NCBI GenBank assembly: GCA_024236095.1
Contig: JACKLD010000012.1
Coordinates: 345,219 to 409,218 of the forward strand
Length of the DNA stretch: 64,000 nt
Source: Pseudomonadaceae bacterium
Lineage (GTDB): Bacteria; Pseudomonadota; Alphaproteobacteria; UBA2136; UBA6156
Direction of reading: 5' to 3'
A program made the translations under genes and the position numbers. The notes under the pieces are model-generated. The model was not told the DNA's origin, made no database searches, and was given only the letters and a program-made list of their open reading frames with translations. Shown one piece after another: positions 1-9,529 of the stretch (positions are counted from its first letter, which is position 1; each line of letters opens with the position of its first letter).

Positions 1-77
1 GGGCCAAGTTGCCGGGGCCGTAGGCCTCTAGGCAACGGGGAAAGCGCCCATCCGAACTCCACCGCCCGCCTCAAGAA
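1..77 (+). repeat. Dispersed ~77-nt repeat, copy 1 (may extend beyond the window edge)
   Basis: gggccaagttgcc...ggcaacggggaaagcgccc...accgcccgcctcaagaa recurs at 145-221 with few mismatches. It contains the internal palindrome gttgcc...ggcaac. Confidence 0.8.
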
Positions 78-88
78 AAGAGGGGGTC

Positions 89-119
89 CAAGGGGGAGGA
101 GGTTTCCTCCTCCCCCTTG
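89..119. repeat. Perfect hairpin with 14-bp stem and 3-nt loop
   Basis: caagggggaggagg ttt cctcctcccccttg, read directly from the sequence. Confidence 0.85.
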
Positions 120-144
120 CCATCAAGAGTGAAGTTGACCCGCA

Positions 145-221
145 GGGCCAAGTTGCCGAGCCCGTAGGGCTTTAGGCAACGGGGAAAGCGCCCGCCATAC
201 CCCCACCGCCCGCCTCAAGAA
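145..221 (+). repeat. Dispersed ~77-nt repeat, copy 2
   Basis: Direct repeat of 1-77. Confidence 0.8.
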
Positions 222-490
222 GCACAACACCCCTTGACATCCCCCCACCCCCTCCCCAAACTCTCCCTACTCCTCCGGAGGCAAAAGAGTGCCTCCGGCA
301 CTTAGATCTTTTGTCTTTATTTGGTAGGAGAAAACCGAAAGGTTCTAAATGGAAGGCACCATCGGACCATCCCCCCGCCAAGCGCGCGAGGGAGATTACA
401 TTTCTCCCCGCCGCCCCGGCGGCGGTGGTATCGGTTGCAGCGGCTGCTGAAGCAACAACGCTGATCAGCCACAACAACCGAACAAAAACG

Positions 491-515
491 AAAAAGGCGG
501 CCAAGCCGCCTTTTT
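491..515 (-). terminator. Rho-independent terminator downstream of rpsB (bidirectional shape)
   Basis: aaaaa ggcggc caa gccgcc ttttt lies 15 nt after the rpsB stop. A-run and T-run flank a 6-bp GC stem. Confidence 0.7.
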
Positions 516-529
516 CACGTCCATACACC

Positions 530-1462
530 TTAGGCGCTGGCTTGGGCCTCGGCCGGAGCCGCCGCTTCGGCAGCCGCTTCCGCATTGGCCACTTCCTGCG
601 CTTTCTTGCTCAAGGTCACCGTGGTTTCTTTCTTCGGTGCACGGGCCGCCACCACACCACCGGCGCTCTTCACCACCGGCGCGTTGTGGGCCTGCATGGC
701 AATGCCGGAAAGCACCGCATCGGCCACCAAACGGCTGTACAGGCTCAGGGCACGGCTGGAGTCGTCGTTGCCGGGAATCACGTACGCCACACCGTCGTCG
801 CTGGCGTTGGTATCCACCACGCCCACCACGGGAATGCCCAAACGGTTGGCTTCATCCACCGCAATCTTGTCTTCATGGACGCTCAGCACCACCACCAGGT
901 CAGGCAGGCCGGCCATGTTCATGATACCGCCCAGCACACGCTTCAGGTTGTCGCGCTCGCGCTCCAGCATCAGGCGTTCCTTTTTGGTGTAGTGGCCCAT
1001 CGGGTCTTTCACCTGCGAAAGATCGGCCGGAGCATCTTCAGTGGCCGCGGCTTGCAGCTCTTCAATCTTCTTGGCGGCATCGGCGCTGCCGGCAAACTGG
1101 GCTTCCAAATCCTTCAGACGGGCGATGCTCTTGCTCACCGTTTTCCAGTTGGTCAGCAAACCACCCAACCAACGGTGGTTGATGTAAAACATCCCGCACT
1201 TCTCGGCGGCCTCTTGCACCGCTTCACGGGCTTGCTTCTTGGTGCCGACAAACAGCACGCGGCCGCCACGGGCCACGGTGCTTTCCACCGCTGCCAGCGC
1301 GGTGTACAGCATCGGCACGGTCTGGGTGATGTCGATGATGTGGATGCCGTTGCGCTGGCCGTAAATGTAGCTGCGCAGCTTGGGGTTCCAGCGGAAGCTG
1401 CGGTGCCCGAAGTGCACCCCGGCGGAAAGAAGGTCGGAGACGGTAAATTGCGGCAAAGCCAT
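530..1462 (-). CDS. rpsB: 30S ribosomal protein S2
   Basis: 310-aa ORF. MALPQFTVSDLLSAGVHFGHRSFRWNPK, IHIIDITQT and LFVGTKKQA are typical of bacterial S2. It has an Ala/Glu-rich C-terminal tail. Confidence 0.97.
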   Translation of the reverse strand: MALPQFTVSDLLSAGVHFGHRSFRWNPKLRSYIYGQRNGIHIIDITQTVPMLYTALAAVESTVARGGRVLFVGTKKQAREAVQEAAEKCGMFYINHRWLGGLLTNWKTVSKSIARLKDLEAQFAGSADAAKKIEELQAAATEDAPADLSQVKDPMGHYTKKERLMLERERDNLKRVLGGIMNMAGLPDLVVVLSVHEDKIAVDEANRLGIPVVGVVDTNASDDGVAYVIPGNDDSSRALSLYSRLVADAVLSGIAMQAHNAPVVKSAGGVVAARAPKKETTVTLSKKAQEVANAEAAAEAAAPAEAQASA

Positions 1463-1615
1463 GATACATAGTCCTTTGTTTGGTTTCAGTCGTCACCGTG
1501 GCGCTCTCACAGGGAAGCTTCCTCCCCTGCAACCAAAACCGCCCCGGCTGTGGTTTTCCCCTTACATAGGGGATGCGGCCTTATAGCGCTACCTCTGCCC
1601 CAACGCAAGGGTTTT

Positions 1616-2821
1616 TCAAACAATCTCCACCTTTCCCACCCGCACCCCCTGCGCATGGGTTTCAATCCACCCGCCCCCCAACATCACGCCATCGTCGGTA
1701 TAAAACACCGCCGCTTGCCCCGGCGACACCTGCTCCTCCGGCGCATCCAGCACCACTTCGGCCCGCCCGCCGTCCAGCAGACGTACCAAGCCGCCAGCCC
1801 CCGCATGCTGCGCCCGCACCTTCACCACCACCGGCAACTCGGCCACATCACCGCCCAGCCAATTCATCTCCCGCACGGTAAACATCTTGCGCCCCAAACT
1901 GGCACGCGGGCCAATCACCACCTCGCGGGTGTCGGGACGGATCTCCACCACATACATCCCTTCCTTGAAGCCCCCCGGCACCCCCTTCCGCTGCCCCACG
2001 GTAAAACCGACAATCCCGTCATGCCGTCCCGCCACCGTGCCGTCTTCCAGCACGATGTTCCCCGGCGCCTCGGCCTCCGGTGCAAACTTGCGCACCACCT
2101 TGCGGTAGTCCCCCCCCGGCACAAAACAAATGTCGTAACTGTCCTTCTTGCCGTGGTTGTGGATGCCCAACAGCTTCGCCAGCTCACGCACCTTTGGCTT
2201 TTCCATATTCCCCAGCGGAAACGCCAGAAAGTCCAACTGCTCCCGCGTGGTGGCAAACAGGTAATAGCTCTGGTCTTTCGTTACGTCCTCACCTCTCCGC
2301 AGCATCCACGTGCCGTCGGAAACCCCGTAATCCGTTAACCCGTCAACCTGCTCCCTGCGCACGTAATGCCCGGTCACCAACACATCGGCCCCCAAGGTCT
2401 TGGCCTTGTCCAACAATTCCTTGAACTTGATACGCTGGTTGCAGCGCACACACGGTATCGGCGTTGCTCCGGCCAAGTACGTCTCCACAAAGTCGTCAAT
2501 CACCGCCTCTTTAAAGGCGCTTTCCATGTTCAGCACATAGTGCGGAATGCCAATCGTCTGGCACACCATCCGCGCGTCATACACGTCATCCAGCGCGCAG
2601 CAGGTGCCAAAAGCCTTGGTCTTACCCGCATTGCTAGCAGGCGTGTAATCCCACAACTGCAAGGTCATGCCGATGGTCTTGTACCCCAGCCGCTGGCACA
2701 GCGCCGCCACACAGCTAGAATCCACCCCGCCACTCATCGCCACCACCACCGTGGTGTCTTCCGGCGCCTTGCCCGCCACCAGCGGCGGTACCTGCACCCA
2801 CTCGGGAAGCCCCTTTTCCAT
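1616..2821 (-). CDS. mnmA: tRNA-specific 2-thiouridylase
   Basis: 401 aa with PP-loop VVAMSGGVDSS. CCALDDVYDARMVC and the C-terminal barrel region are typical of MnmA. Confidence 0.93.
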   Translation of the reverse strand: MEKGLPEWVQVPPLVAGKAPEDTTVVVAMSGGVDSSCVAALCQRLGYKTIGMTLQLWDYTPASNAGKTKAFGTCCALDDVYDARMVCQTIGIPHYVLNMESAFKEAVIDDFVETYLAGATPIPCVRCNQRIKFKELLDKAKTLGADVLVTGHYVRREQVDGLTDYGVSDGTWMLRRGEDVTKDQSYYLFATTREQLDFLAFPLGNMEKPKVRELAKLLGIHNHGKKDSYDICFVPGGDYRKVVRKFAPEAEAPGNIVLEDGTVAGRHDGIVGFTVGQRKGVPGGFKEGMYVVEIRPDTREVVIGPRASLGRKMFTVREMNWLGGDVAELPVVVKVRAQHAGAGGLVRLLDGGRAEVVLDAPEEQVSPGQAAVFYTDDGVMLGGGWIETHAQGVRVGKVEIV

Positions 2822-2861
2822 GCCCGCGTTATAGGCAGGTTAACGCGTCAACGCAAGCAAG

Positions 2862-3116
2862 CTACAACTCATGCTCCGCAAGCTTCCGTACCTCGACCAA
2901 ATCAAACACCCGCTCATAACGGGCCTGCGCATCCCGTTTGTCGGCAGTACAACGGGCCGTCTCAATATCTTCTTTCAACGCGGCAAGCACAATTTCCAGC
3001 TCGTCCACCGCAAAGCATGCCAGCATAAAATCCCCACCACTCCGCCAATCCAGCAGCACCTTTTCCACCTTGGTGGGATGAACCAAAACCGTCGCGGAAT
3101 ATCGGGCATTTGCCAT
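2862..3116 (-). CDS. Hypothetical small protein (84 aa)
   Basis: ORF fills the gap between mnmA and the dehydrogenase gene. I recognise no motif. Confidence 0.4.
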   Translation of the reverse strand: MANARYSATVLVHPTKVEKVLLDWRSGGDFMLACFAVDELEIVLAALKEDIETARCTADKRDAQARYERVFDLVEVRKLAEHEL

Positions 3117-3181
3117 GCGCCATTATGCCCGCTACCATGCCGTCACACAAGTGCGACGCATATACAACGAGGAGCCATCCC

Positions 3182-4042
3182 ATGAACATCAGCTTTCTCG
3201 GCCTCGGCGTGATGGGTTACCCCATGGCGGGCTATTTGGCCAAAGCAGGCCACAATGTCACCGTGTATAACCGTACCGCCGGCAAAGCCGAGGCATGGGC
3301 AAACGAATACGGCGGCGCCACCGCCGCCACTCCCGCCGCCGCCGCCCAAAATGCCGACGTGCTCATCTCCATGGTCGGCAACGATGACGACGTGCGGCAA
3401 GTGCTGATAGCATCCGGCGCCCTCGCCGCCCTGCCCGAAGGCGCCTTGCTCATCGACCACACCACCGCCTCCGCCACACTGGCACAACAGCTGGCCACCC
3501 TGTGCGACCAACACGGCCACGCCTTCGTCGATGCCCCCGTCTCCGGCGGCCAGAAAGGCGCGGTGGAAGGCATCCTCACCATCATGGCAGGCGGTACACC
3601 ACAGGCCTTTGCCCGCGCCGAGCCTGTCTTTCAGGCCTACGCCAAAACCATCACCCACGTCGGCCCGGCAGGCCACGGCCAACTGTGCAAGATGCTCAAC
3701 CAAATCTGCATCGCAGGCGTGCTGGCCGGCGTCGCCGAGGCCGTGCATCTCGGCCAGAAGTCGGGGTTGGATATGCAAAAGGCCTATCAGGCCATCAAAG
3801 GCGGCAGCGCGCAAAGCTGGCAGTTCGATAACCGCGTGCCCACCATGCTGGATGACAAATATGACTTCGGTTTTGCTGTGGAATGGCTGCGCAAGGATCT
3901 CGGCATCGCCATTTCCCAAGCCAAAAGCGTCGGCGCCGCCCTGCCCGCCACCGCACTGGTCGACCAATTCCTCGCCGAAGTGGAAGCCATGGGAGGCAAA
4001 CGCTGGGACGGCTCCAGCCTGCTCAAACGCTACCGCCGCTGA
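3182..4042 (+). CDS. NAD(P)-dependent 3-hydroxyisobutyrate dehydrogenase / 6-phosphogluconate dehydrogenase-like oxidoreductase
   Basis: Internal ATG at 3182 gives MNISFLGLGVMGYPMAGYLAKAGHNVTVYNRT (Rossmann GxGxMG), plus DAPVSGG. The ORF-track start at 3110 adds a non-homologous extension. Confidence 0.85.
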   Translation: MNISFLGLGVMGYPMAGYLAKAGHNVTVYNRTAGKAEAWANEYGGATAATPAAAAQNADVLISMVGNDDDVRQVLIASGALAALPEGALLIDHTTASATLAQQLATLCDQHGHAFVDAPVSGGQKGAVEGILTIMAGGTPQAFARAEPVFQAYAKTITHVGPAGHGQLCKMLNQICIAGVLAGVAEAVHLGQKSGLDMQKAYQAIKGGSAQSWQFDNRVPTMLDDKYDFGFAVEWLRKDLGIAISQAKSVGAALPATALVDQFLAEVEAMGGKRWDGSSLLKRYRR

Positions 4043-5139
4043 AGGACATTCCCAAACCGGGCCAAAAAGTCGCCAATCTCGGTTGGCGTATTTTGCCACC
4101 CCAAACTCACCCGCACCACGTCACCCGCCGCCTGCGCATCCCAACCCATTGCTTGCAACACATGGCTGGCCTTCACCCGCCCGCTGCCGCAGGCGCTGCC
4201 TTGGCTGACCGCCACGCCCGCCATGTCCAGAGCAATCACCACGTCTTCGCCCTTGTGCCCGGAGACATGCACCTGCACCACATGGTCAACCCGTGCGGCG
4301 CCCCGTGCCACCACCGGCACCCCCAAATCATCCAACCCTGCCACCAACGCGCGGTTCATCGCCGCCAACCGTGCCTGTTCATCCCCGCCGCCCGCCACCG
4401 CCAGCGCCGCCGCCATCCCTGCGGCCCCGGCCACGTTTTCGGTTCCGGCCCGCCGGTTACGCTCTTGCCCGCCACCGGTCATCTGGGCGGTCAGCCTGTC
4501 CTGAATCTCACTTCTCACCACCAATGCCCCCACGCCCTGCGGGCCGCCAAATTTGTGGGCAGAAAGGCTCAGCATATCCACCCCCAACGCCACCATGCCT
4601 ACCGGCCCATGCCCTACCGTCTGCACCGCGTCACAATGCACCAGCGCACCATACGCACGGGCCAGCGCCGCCACCTCGGCCACGGGTTGCACCACCCCGT
4701 TCTCGTTGTTGGCGTGCATCACGCTCACCAGCGCTACGCCACCTTTCTTAAGCTCCGCTTCCAACGCCTCCAACCGCACCACGCCACTGGCATCAACCGG
4801 AAGCACCTCGCCTCCCGACACCATGGCCGTATTCAGCACGCAATCGTGCTCCACCGCACTCACCAACAACCGTCCGGCCTCACGGCCGACTCCCCGCAAC
4901 GCCAGATTGTTGGCTTCGGTGCCACCACTGGTCAACACCACCCGCTCGGCCCGCACCCCCAAACAATCCCCCAATTGCCGCCGCGCCTTGTCCAACACAA
5001 AGCGCAGAGCCTGCCCTTCGGCATGGATGCTGCTGGCATTGCCCGCCATCTCCAACACGTCCAGCACCGCCGCACGGGCTTCGGGCCGCAACGGGGCACT
5101 GGCCGCATTATCAAGGTAAATCCGCGATGTCATCCCCAA
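4030..5139 (-). CDS. Cysteine desulfurase (NifS/IscS class, PLP-dependent)
   Basis: 369 aa with IYLDNAASAP, TSGGTEANN and the PLP-lysine motif SAHKFGGPQGVGAL. Confidence 0.9.
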   Translation of the reverse strand: MGMTSRIYLDNAASAPLRPEARAAVLDVLEMAGNASSIHAEGQALRFVLDKARRQLGDCLGVRAERVVLTSGGTEANNLALRGVGREAGRLLVSAVEHDCVLNTAMVSGGEVLPVDASGVVRLEALEAELKKGGVALVSVMHANNENGVVQPVAEVAALARAYGALVHCDAVQTVGHGPVGMVALGVDMLSLSAHKFGGPQGVGALVVRSEIQDRLTAQMTGGGQERNRRAGTENVAGAAGMAAALAVAGGGDEQARLAAMNRALVAGLDDLGVPVVARGAARVDHVVQVHVSGHKGEDVVIALDMAGVAVSQGSACGSGRVKASHVLQAMGWDAQAAGDVVRVSLGWQNTPTEIGDFLARFGNVLQRR

Positions 5140-5173
5140 CCCATGCCGTCAAACGAGGCCAAGGTCAATGGCC

Positions 5174-5454
5174 TAAAGCCCTTCCCACAAATATGTCCCC
5201 ATTTGCAGGAGAGCCAAAACGATGAGAGATGGATGTTGGAGGAGGGAGCGTAGCGGGACTACGAGACTGACGACAACATGCATGTCTCGCGTTTTGGCCC
5301 CCTGCCCGCAGGGTGGCCGCCCAAACGGCGCCCGCGCGGGTTTCGGTGTCGGTTGTGTAGGCCCGCTACACGCCCTCACCAAAACGCCACGCGGTCGTAA
5401 ACTGCGCCGTTTGGTCGCGCCACAAATGGGGACATATTTATGGGAAGGGCTTTA
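5174..5454. mobile_element. MITE-like element, 281 bp, with 32-nt terminal inverted repeats
   Basis: The left arm taaagcccttcccacaaatatgtccccatttg (5174-5205) is the reverse complement of 5423-5454 with one mismatch. TA dinucleotides sit at both outer ends. There is no transposase ORF inside. Confidence 0.75.
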
Positions 5455-5943
5455 ATGGATTTCCACCCGTGCCGCCTTCCCTGCCGGCACGATGTTAAAA
5501 TCCTCACCCACATCGCCATCCAGCACCATCTGCAAACTCACCCGTTGGAGGAAACGTTCCATATGGCGGCTCATCGCCATCCACAACCCGTGGGCATTAC
5601 AGGGGCGCCCCACCACGCACCCGGTTTGCGGATGAATCCCTTCCAACTTATACAAAGTCTTACAGCGCGTTAAATCGATATCCTCATCAATCGCTGCAAC
5701 AATCTCGGCCAACCAGATGTGCCCGGCATCCCGTGCCAGATTGTACCCGCCGCCCGGCCCGCGCAGACTTTCCACGATGCCGTGCTTGCGCAACTTGGCG
5801 AACAGCTGCTCCAGGTAACTCAGGCTGATGCGCTGCCGCTCGGCAATCTGGGCCAACGTCACCGGCTTGTCAGAATGCGCACGCATCTCGGCCAAATCCA
5901 GCATCGCCATGATCGCGTAACGCCCACGGGTGGAAAACTGCAC
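5452..5943 (-). CDS. Rrf2-family transcriptional regulator (IscR-like)
   Basis: The GTG at 5943, preceded by GGAG 8 nt upstream, gives MQFSTRGRYAIMAMLDLA...LAQIAERQRISLSYLEQLFAKLRKHGIVESLRGPGGGY, a typical Rrf2 wHTH. The ORF track starts 11 codons earlier (5976). The stop codon lies inside the MITE arm. Confidence 0.85.
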   Translation of the reverse strand: MQFSTRGRYAIMAMLDLAEMRAHSDKPVTLAQIAERQRISLSYLEQLFAKLRKHGIVESLRGPGGGYNLARDAGHIWLAEIVAAIDEDIDLTRCKTLYKLEGIHPQTGCVVGRPCNAHGLWMAMSRHMERFLQRVSLQMVLDGDVGEDFNIVPAGKAARVEIH

Positions 5944-6125
5944 GGCACAAACTCCATAATTGTTGACCTCACCCAAGGGTTATCTCTCCCGCCCCCCGCC
6001 GTCAAGCCTTTGCCCAAACCTTCCGCACCTGGCTGTTACATGGTTACTTATCAGCATGTTATACGATATTCCTTGCAATCTTCCAACCATCTGTGGCATA
6101 CCCCGCGCAACGAATCATCCCCCGG

Positions 6126-6148
6126 CGTCATTCCCGCGAAAGCGGGAG
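6126..6148. repeat. REP-like hairpin unit (cgtcattcccgcgaaagcggga type)
   Basis: Stem tcccgc/gcggga. The same unit occurs at 13969-13993, with variants at 20445, 28759, 30071 and 30144. Confidence 0.8.
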
Positions 6149-6207
6149 CCGGGGCGCAGCAAAAACCAACGCAACGCGTCATCCAGCTTAATCAAGAGGA
6201 GCCCCCC

Positions 6208-6858
6208 ATGCCCGATGTCAACTTCCAAGGCCCGGCCGGCCGCCTCGAAGCCAAATACTTCAACCAGAACAAACCCGGCAGCCCCATCGCCGTGGTGCTG
6301 CACCCGCACCCACTGCACGGCGGCACCATGAACAACAAACTCACCTACCGCGTGTTCGAGACCTTCGTGCGCATGGGTTTCAACGTGCTGCGCTTCAACT
6401 TCCGGGGCGTCGGCAACAGCGAGGGCACGTTTGATAACGGCATCGGCGAACTCTCCGACGCTGCCGCCGCGCTCGACTGGCTCCACGCCCAACACCCCCA
6501 CACGCCGGAAATCTGGCTGGCAGGCTTCTCGTTCGGCAGCTGGATCACCATGCAGATGCTGATGCGCCGCCCCGACCTCAAGCGCTTCGTCTCCATCGCC
6601 CCGCCGGCGGGCCTTTACGATTTCGGCTTTCTCTCGCCTTGTCCCACCAGCGGACTGGTCATCTACGGCACGGCGGATGAAATCACCCCCCCGCACGATA
6701 CCGAAGCCCTGCTCAAACGCACCGTGCGCCAAAAGGGCATTACCCTCTCCGCCGCCAAAATCCGTGGCGCCGACCACTTCTTCACCAACCACATGGACGA
6801 GCTGACCGCCACCCTCACCGCCTACATCAAGCAGGAATACGGCAAGAACAAGCGTTAA
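6208..6858 (+). CDS. Alpha/beta-fold hydrolase
   Basis: ATG at 6208 after aagagga. MPDVNFQGPAGRLEAKY..., nucleophile elbow GFSFGS and C-terminal GADHFF. The upstream part of the 379-aa track ORF is antisense to the Rrf2 gene. Confidence 0.8.
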   Translation: MPDVNFQGPAGRLEAKYFNQNKPGSPIAVVLHPHPLHGGTMNNKLTYRVFETFVRMGFNVLRFNFRGVGNSEGTFDNGIGELSDAAAALDWLHAQHPHTPEIWLAGFSFGSWITMQMLMRRPDLKRFVSIAPPAGLYDFGFLSPCPTSGLVIYGTADEITPPHDTEALLKRTVRQKGITLSAAKIRGADHFFTNHMDELTATLTAYIKQEYGKNKR

Positions 6859-7238
6859 CGCGCGTCATTCGCCAAAAGATGCCCCAGAACTCTGGCGTTT
6901 TTAGCGTAGACCAAGGCAAGCCATTGCCATCCCAAATACGTTAGCACCAACCCCACCACGCCGCCCCCCACCATGACCAAGCGTCCGCCGATTCCCCCAA
7001 AAACTACCAGCAGCACACATACAAAAACGGCACTCCACGGGTAAAACAATGTCAATGATATCGGCAGGCGTCCAATCGCCCACCGCGCATAACGCTGCAC
7101 ATGCTTTTCCTGCCACGCAAGCGGATTCAGCGCACGGTAGCGGAACAATGTCACCACCAACGCCGTCAACGCGCAAAATATCGCCACTCCGGCCCACGCA
7201 GCCAGCACAACCAGAATATCACCATGCATGATCCACAT
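6855..7238 (-). CDS. Hypothetical membrane protein (127 aa)
   Basis: Several hydrophobic segments and no recognisable motif. Confidence 0.45.
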   Translation of the reverse strand: MWIMHGDILVVLAAWAGVAIFCALTALVVTLFRYRALNPLAWQEKHVQRYARWAIGRLPISLTLFYPWSAVFVCVLLVVFGGIGGRLVMVGGGVVGLVLTYLGWQWLALVYAKNARVLGHLLANDAR

Positions 7239-7265
7239 CCTTCATTGTAAGGTTTTTCCCCCGCA

Positions 7266-8354
7266 TCACATCACCCCCAACCCCACCAACTCCTCATAAT
7301 CGCCATCGTCCGGCCGTAGCACCCGCGCGCCCCCCTTGGCCTTGGGACATACCACATACACGCCGTGCTCCTCGTCCCGTGCCGCTTCATAACGCAAGTC
7401 GACAAACTGCACGCAGGTAGCCTTCAACCCGCGCAACGGTTCCTGCACCAATCCGTCGAACACCGCATAACGGCCATACCAAGCAAACGACGTATCTTGC
7501 CATGCGTCCCATGCCCGCTCCACCCGCAAGCGATCCTCGGCGGTGTCTTCCCCGGCGCGGCCAAAGCGGTCATACACCCGCCACACTGCCAGCCGTCTGG
7601 GCCGATACAACGCGTCAATCCGCGCCGCCCGCGTATCCCCCTCTTTCACCGTCAACACCTTGTCGCGCTTCAGGTTGATCAGCGTATCATGCACAAATCC
7701 TTGGTTGTCGGTCACCATCACCCGCCAGTTCATCGGCGAAAGCGCCTGCGGCACCGCCACCACATCACTATCTTCCAAGCCATGTTCTTCCGCGTAATCG
7801 CCGCCAAAACCCCGCGCCTGCCAGGCAAATCCGGCTGTCGAGAGCACATAGAGCACCAAACACACCAACCCCATCCGCGCCACATACATCCGCAACGGGT
7901 AAAACACCCCGGCCAGCACCAGCGTCAACGCACTCAACCCGAACACCAGCGCATCGAAGTCATACAGCACGTTCAACCCAACCCGCCCATCCCACAACAG
8001 CGCCAACGGCGCAATCCCGTCACTGGTCAGCAATGCCAGCATAATGGTAGAGGCCATGCCCGCCGCCACCGGCACAAACAACTCGCCGAACAACTTGCCG
8101 CTGGCGGCCCGCAACCCCGCCGCCACCGCAATGGCATGGAACGGCGCCAACGGCAGCGCCCAAAAGAAACCGTGCTGCATCTGCAAATACGCACCGCTGC
8201 CCAGCAGCCACAACAGCATATCCATCACATACGGGTACAATGCCCCGGTAGCGCCTGCCGCCACCCGCCACCAACCCAAGGTATCTTCGCGCCCGCGCTC
8301 CATCGCGGCCAGCGCCGCCACCAATCCCACCGCCAAAGCGACAACGCTGTACAT
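7266..8354 (-). CDS. Hypothetical polytopic membrane protein with C-terminal soluble domain
   Basis: 362 aa. The N-terminal ~190 aa are strongly hydrophobic and the C-terminal half is hydrophilic. Family not recognised. Confidence 0.55.
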   Translation of the reverse strand: MYSVVALAVGLVAALAAMERGREDTLGWWRVAAGATGALYPYVMDMLLWLLGSGAYLQMQHGFFWALPLAPFHAIAVAAGLRAASGKLFGELFVPVAAGMASTIMLALLTSDGIAPLALLWDGRVGLNVLYDFDALVFGLSALTLVLAGVFYPLRMYVARMGLVCLVLYVLSTAGFAWQARGFGGDYAEEHGLEDSDVVAVPQALSPMNWRVMVTDNQGFVHDTLINLKRDKVLTVKEGDTRAARIDALYRPRRLAVWRVYDRFGRAGEDTAEDRLRVERAWDAWQDTSFAWYGRYAVFDGLVQEPLRGLKATCVQFVDLRYEAARDEEHGVYVVCPKAKGGARVLRPDDGDYEELVGLGVM

Positions 8355-8392
8355 CGGCTATCCTGCCATATACCCGCGCAACAACCGCGTTT

Positions 8393-9505
8393 TCATGCGG
8401 TCAAACTACCCCCCGCCGTGCCGTGTGTACAGCCGGTTGTTGCCGGAACACTCAACGGCAAGTGGCGCAAACGCCGCACCGCCAGCCACCCAAAGCACTC
8501 GGCCTCCATGGTCGCCCCGCGTAACCCTGCGGCTTCCCCTGCTTCGGCCAACACCCCCGCCGCCCGCAACGCCGCCATCATGGCGGGGTTCCGAGCCCCG
8601 CCACCCACCACGTACACCGGCCCGCGCGCCCCCATTTGTTGCAACGTGTGCGCCACCCCCGCCGCCGTCAGCGCACACAAAGTAGCCGCCCCGTCTTCCA
8701 CACTCAAGCCGTCCAACCATCCCAGCACCGCATCAAAGTCATACCGGTCGGCACTGCGCGGCACGGGGCGCTGCCAAAAGGCAATTTCTCCCATGGCCCG
8801 CGCCACAATCCCGTCATCCACCTTGCCCGCCGCCGCCAGCTTGCCATCCTTGTCATAGGGCTCATCGGTTTTGGCTTGCACCCACGCATCCAGCAACCCC
8901 GCCCCGGGGCCGCAATCGCTGGCGGCCATGGCACCATCTGCCCCAAACCAACTGATGTTGCTCACCCCACCAATATTCAACACGCCCACATGCTCACGGT
9001 TGCCCAGCAACGCCTTATGGAACAACGGCACCAACGGCGCCCCCTGCCCGCCGGCCGCCATGTCGCGGCGACGGAAATCCCCCACCACAGCCACCCCGGT
9101 CTTTTCGGCCAGAAAATGCGCATCCCCCAACTGCCACGTCAGCCCTTCATCCGGCAAATGCCGAATGGTCTGGCCATGGCAGCCAATCACATCCACCTTG
9201 CTTAACGCATAGCCCAACGCTTCAATCTCAAACACCGCCCGTACATACAACTCGCTCACCAGCCGCTCCACCCTTAGCACCTCATTCAGCGGAACGCTTG
9301 CCCCAGCCCCCGAGCTGGGGTCCCCCCGCGCCACCACCTGCACCCGCGCCCTTACATCTTCCCCATACGGCACATACGCATGGGCCAGCAACTTCACCAC
9401 CGCCTCGCCATCGGTTTCAACCAACGCCGCATCCACGCCATCCAAGCTGGTGCCGCTCATCAACCCGATGGCCTTGTACAACCTTTGCGACTCTTGTGGT
9501 TTCAT
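8393..9505 (-). CDS. anmK: Anhydro-N-acetylmuramic acid kinase
   Basis: The ATG at 9505 gives MKPQESQRLYKAIGLMSGTSLDGVDAAL..., the canonical AnmK N-terminus. The rest of the 727-aa track ORF is antisense to tyrS. Confidence 0.9.
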   Translation of the reverse strand: MKPQESQRLYKAIGLMSGTSLDGVDAALVETDGEAVVKLLAHAYVPYGEDVRARVQVVARGDPSSGAGASVPLNEVLRVERLVSELYVRAVFEIEALGYALSKVDVIGCHGQTIRHLPDEGLTWQLGDAHFLAEKTGVAVVGDFRRRDMAAGGQGAPLVPLFHKALLGNREHVGVLNIGGVSNISWFGADGAMAASDCGPGAGLLDAWVQAKTDEPYDKDGKLAAAGKVDDGIVARAMGEIAFWQRPVPRSADRYDFDAVLGWLDGLSVEDGAATLCALTAAGVAHTLQQMGARGPVYVVGGGARNPAMMAALRAAGVLAEAGEAAGLRGATMEAECFGWLAVRRLRHLPLSVPATTGCTHGTAGGSLTA

Positions 9506-9529
9506 GGCGCGCAGTTTATAACGGCCCGC

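Noticed and set aside
349-450. A 33-codon ORF (MEGTIGPSPRQAREGDYISPRRPGGGGIGCSGC) upstream of the terminator at 491-515, considered as a Cys-containing peptide precursor.
   Set aside because: It is too short and compositionally indistinguishable from background. There is no adjacent modification or transport gene, so nothing but an open frame supports it.
172-585. A 137-aa minus-strand ORF downstream of rpsB.
   Set aside because: It overlaps the rpsB 3' end out of frame and runs through the repeats and hairpins, with a Gly/Ala/Arg-rich translation.
5719-6207. An N-terminal 163-codon extension of the alpha/beta hydrolase ORF.
   Set aside because: It is antisense to the Rrf2 regulator gene. 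The internal ATG at 6208 has a ribosome-binding site and yields a normal hydrolase N-terminus.
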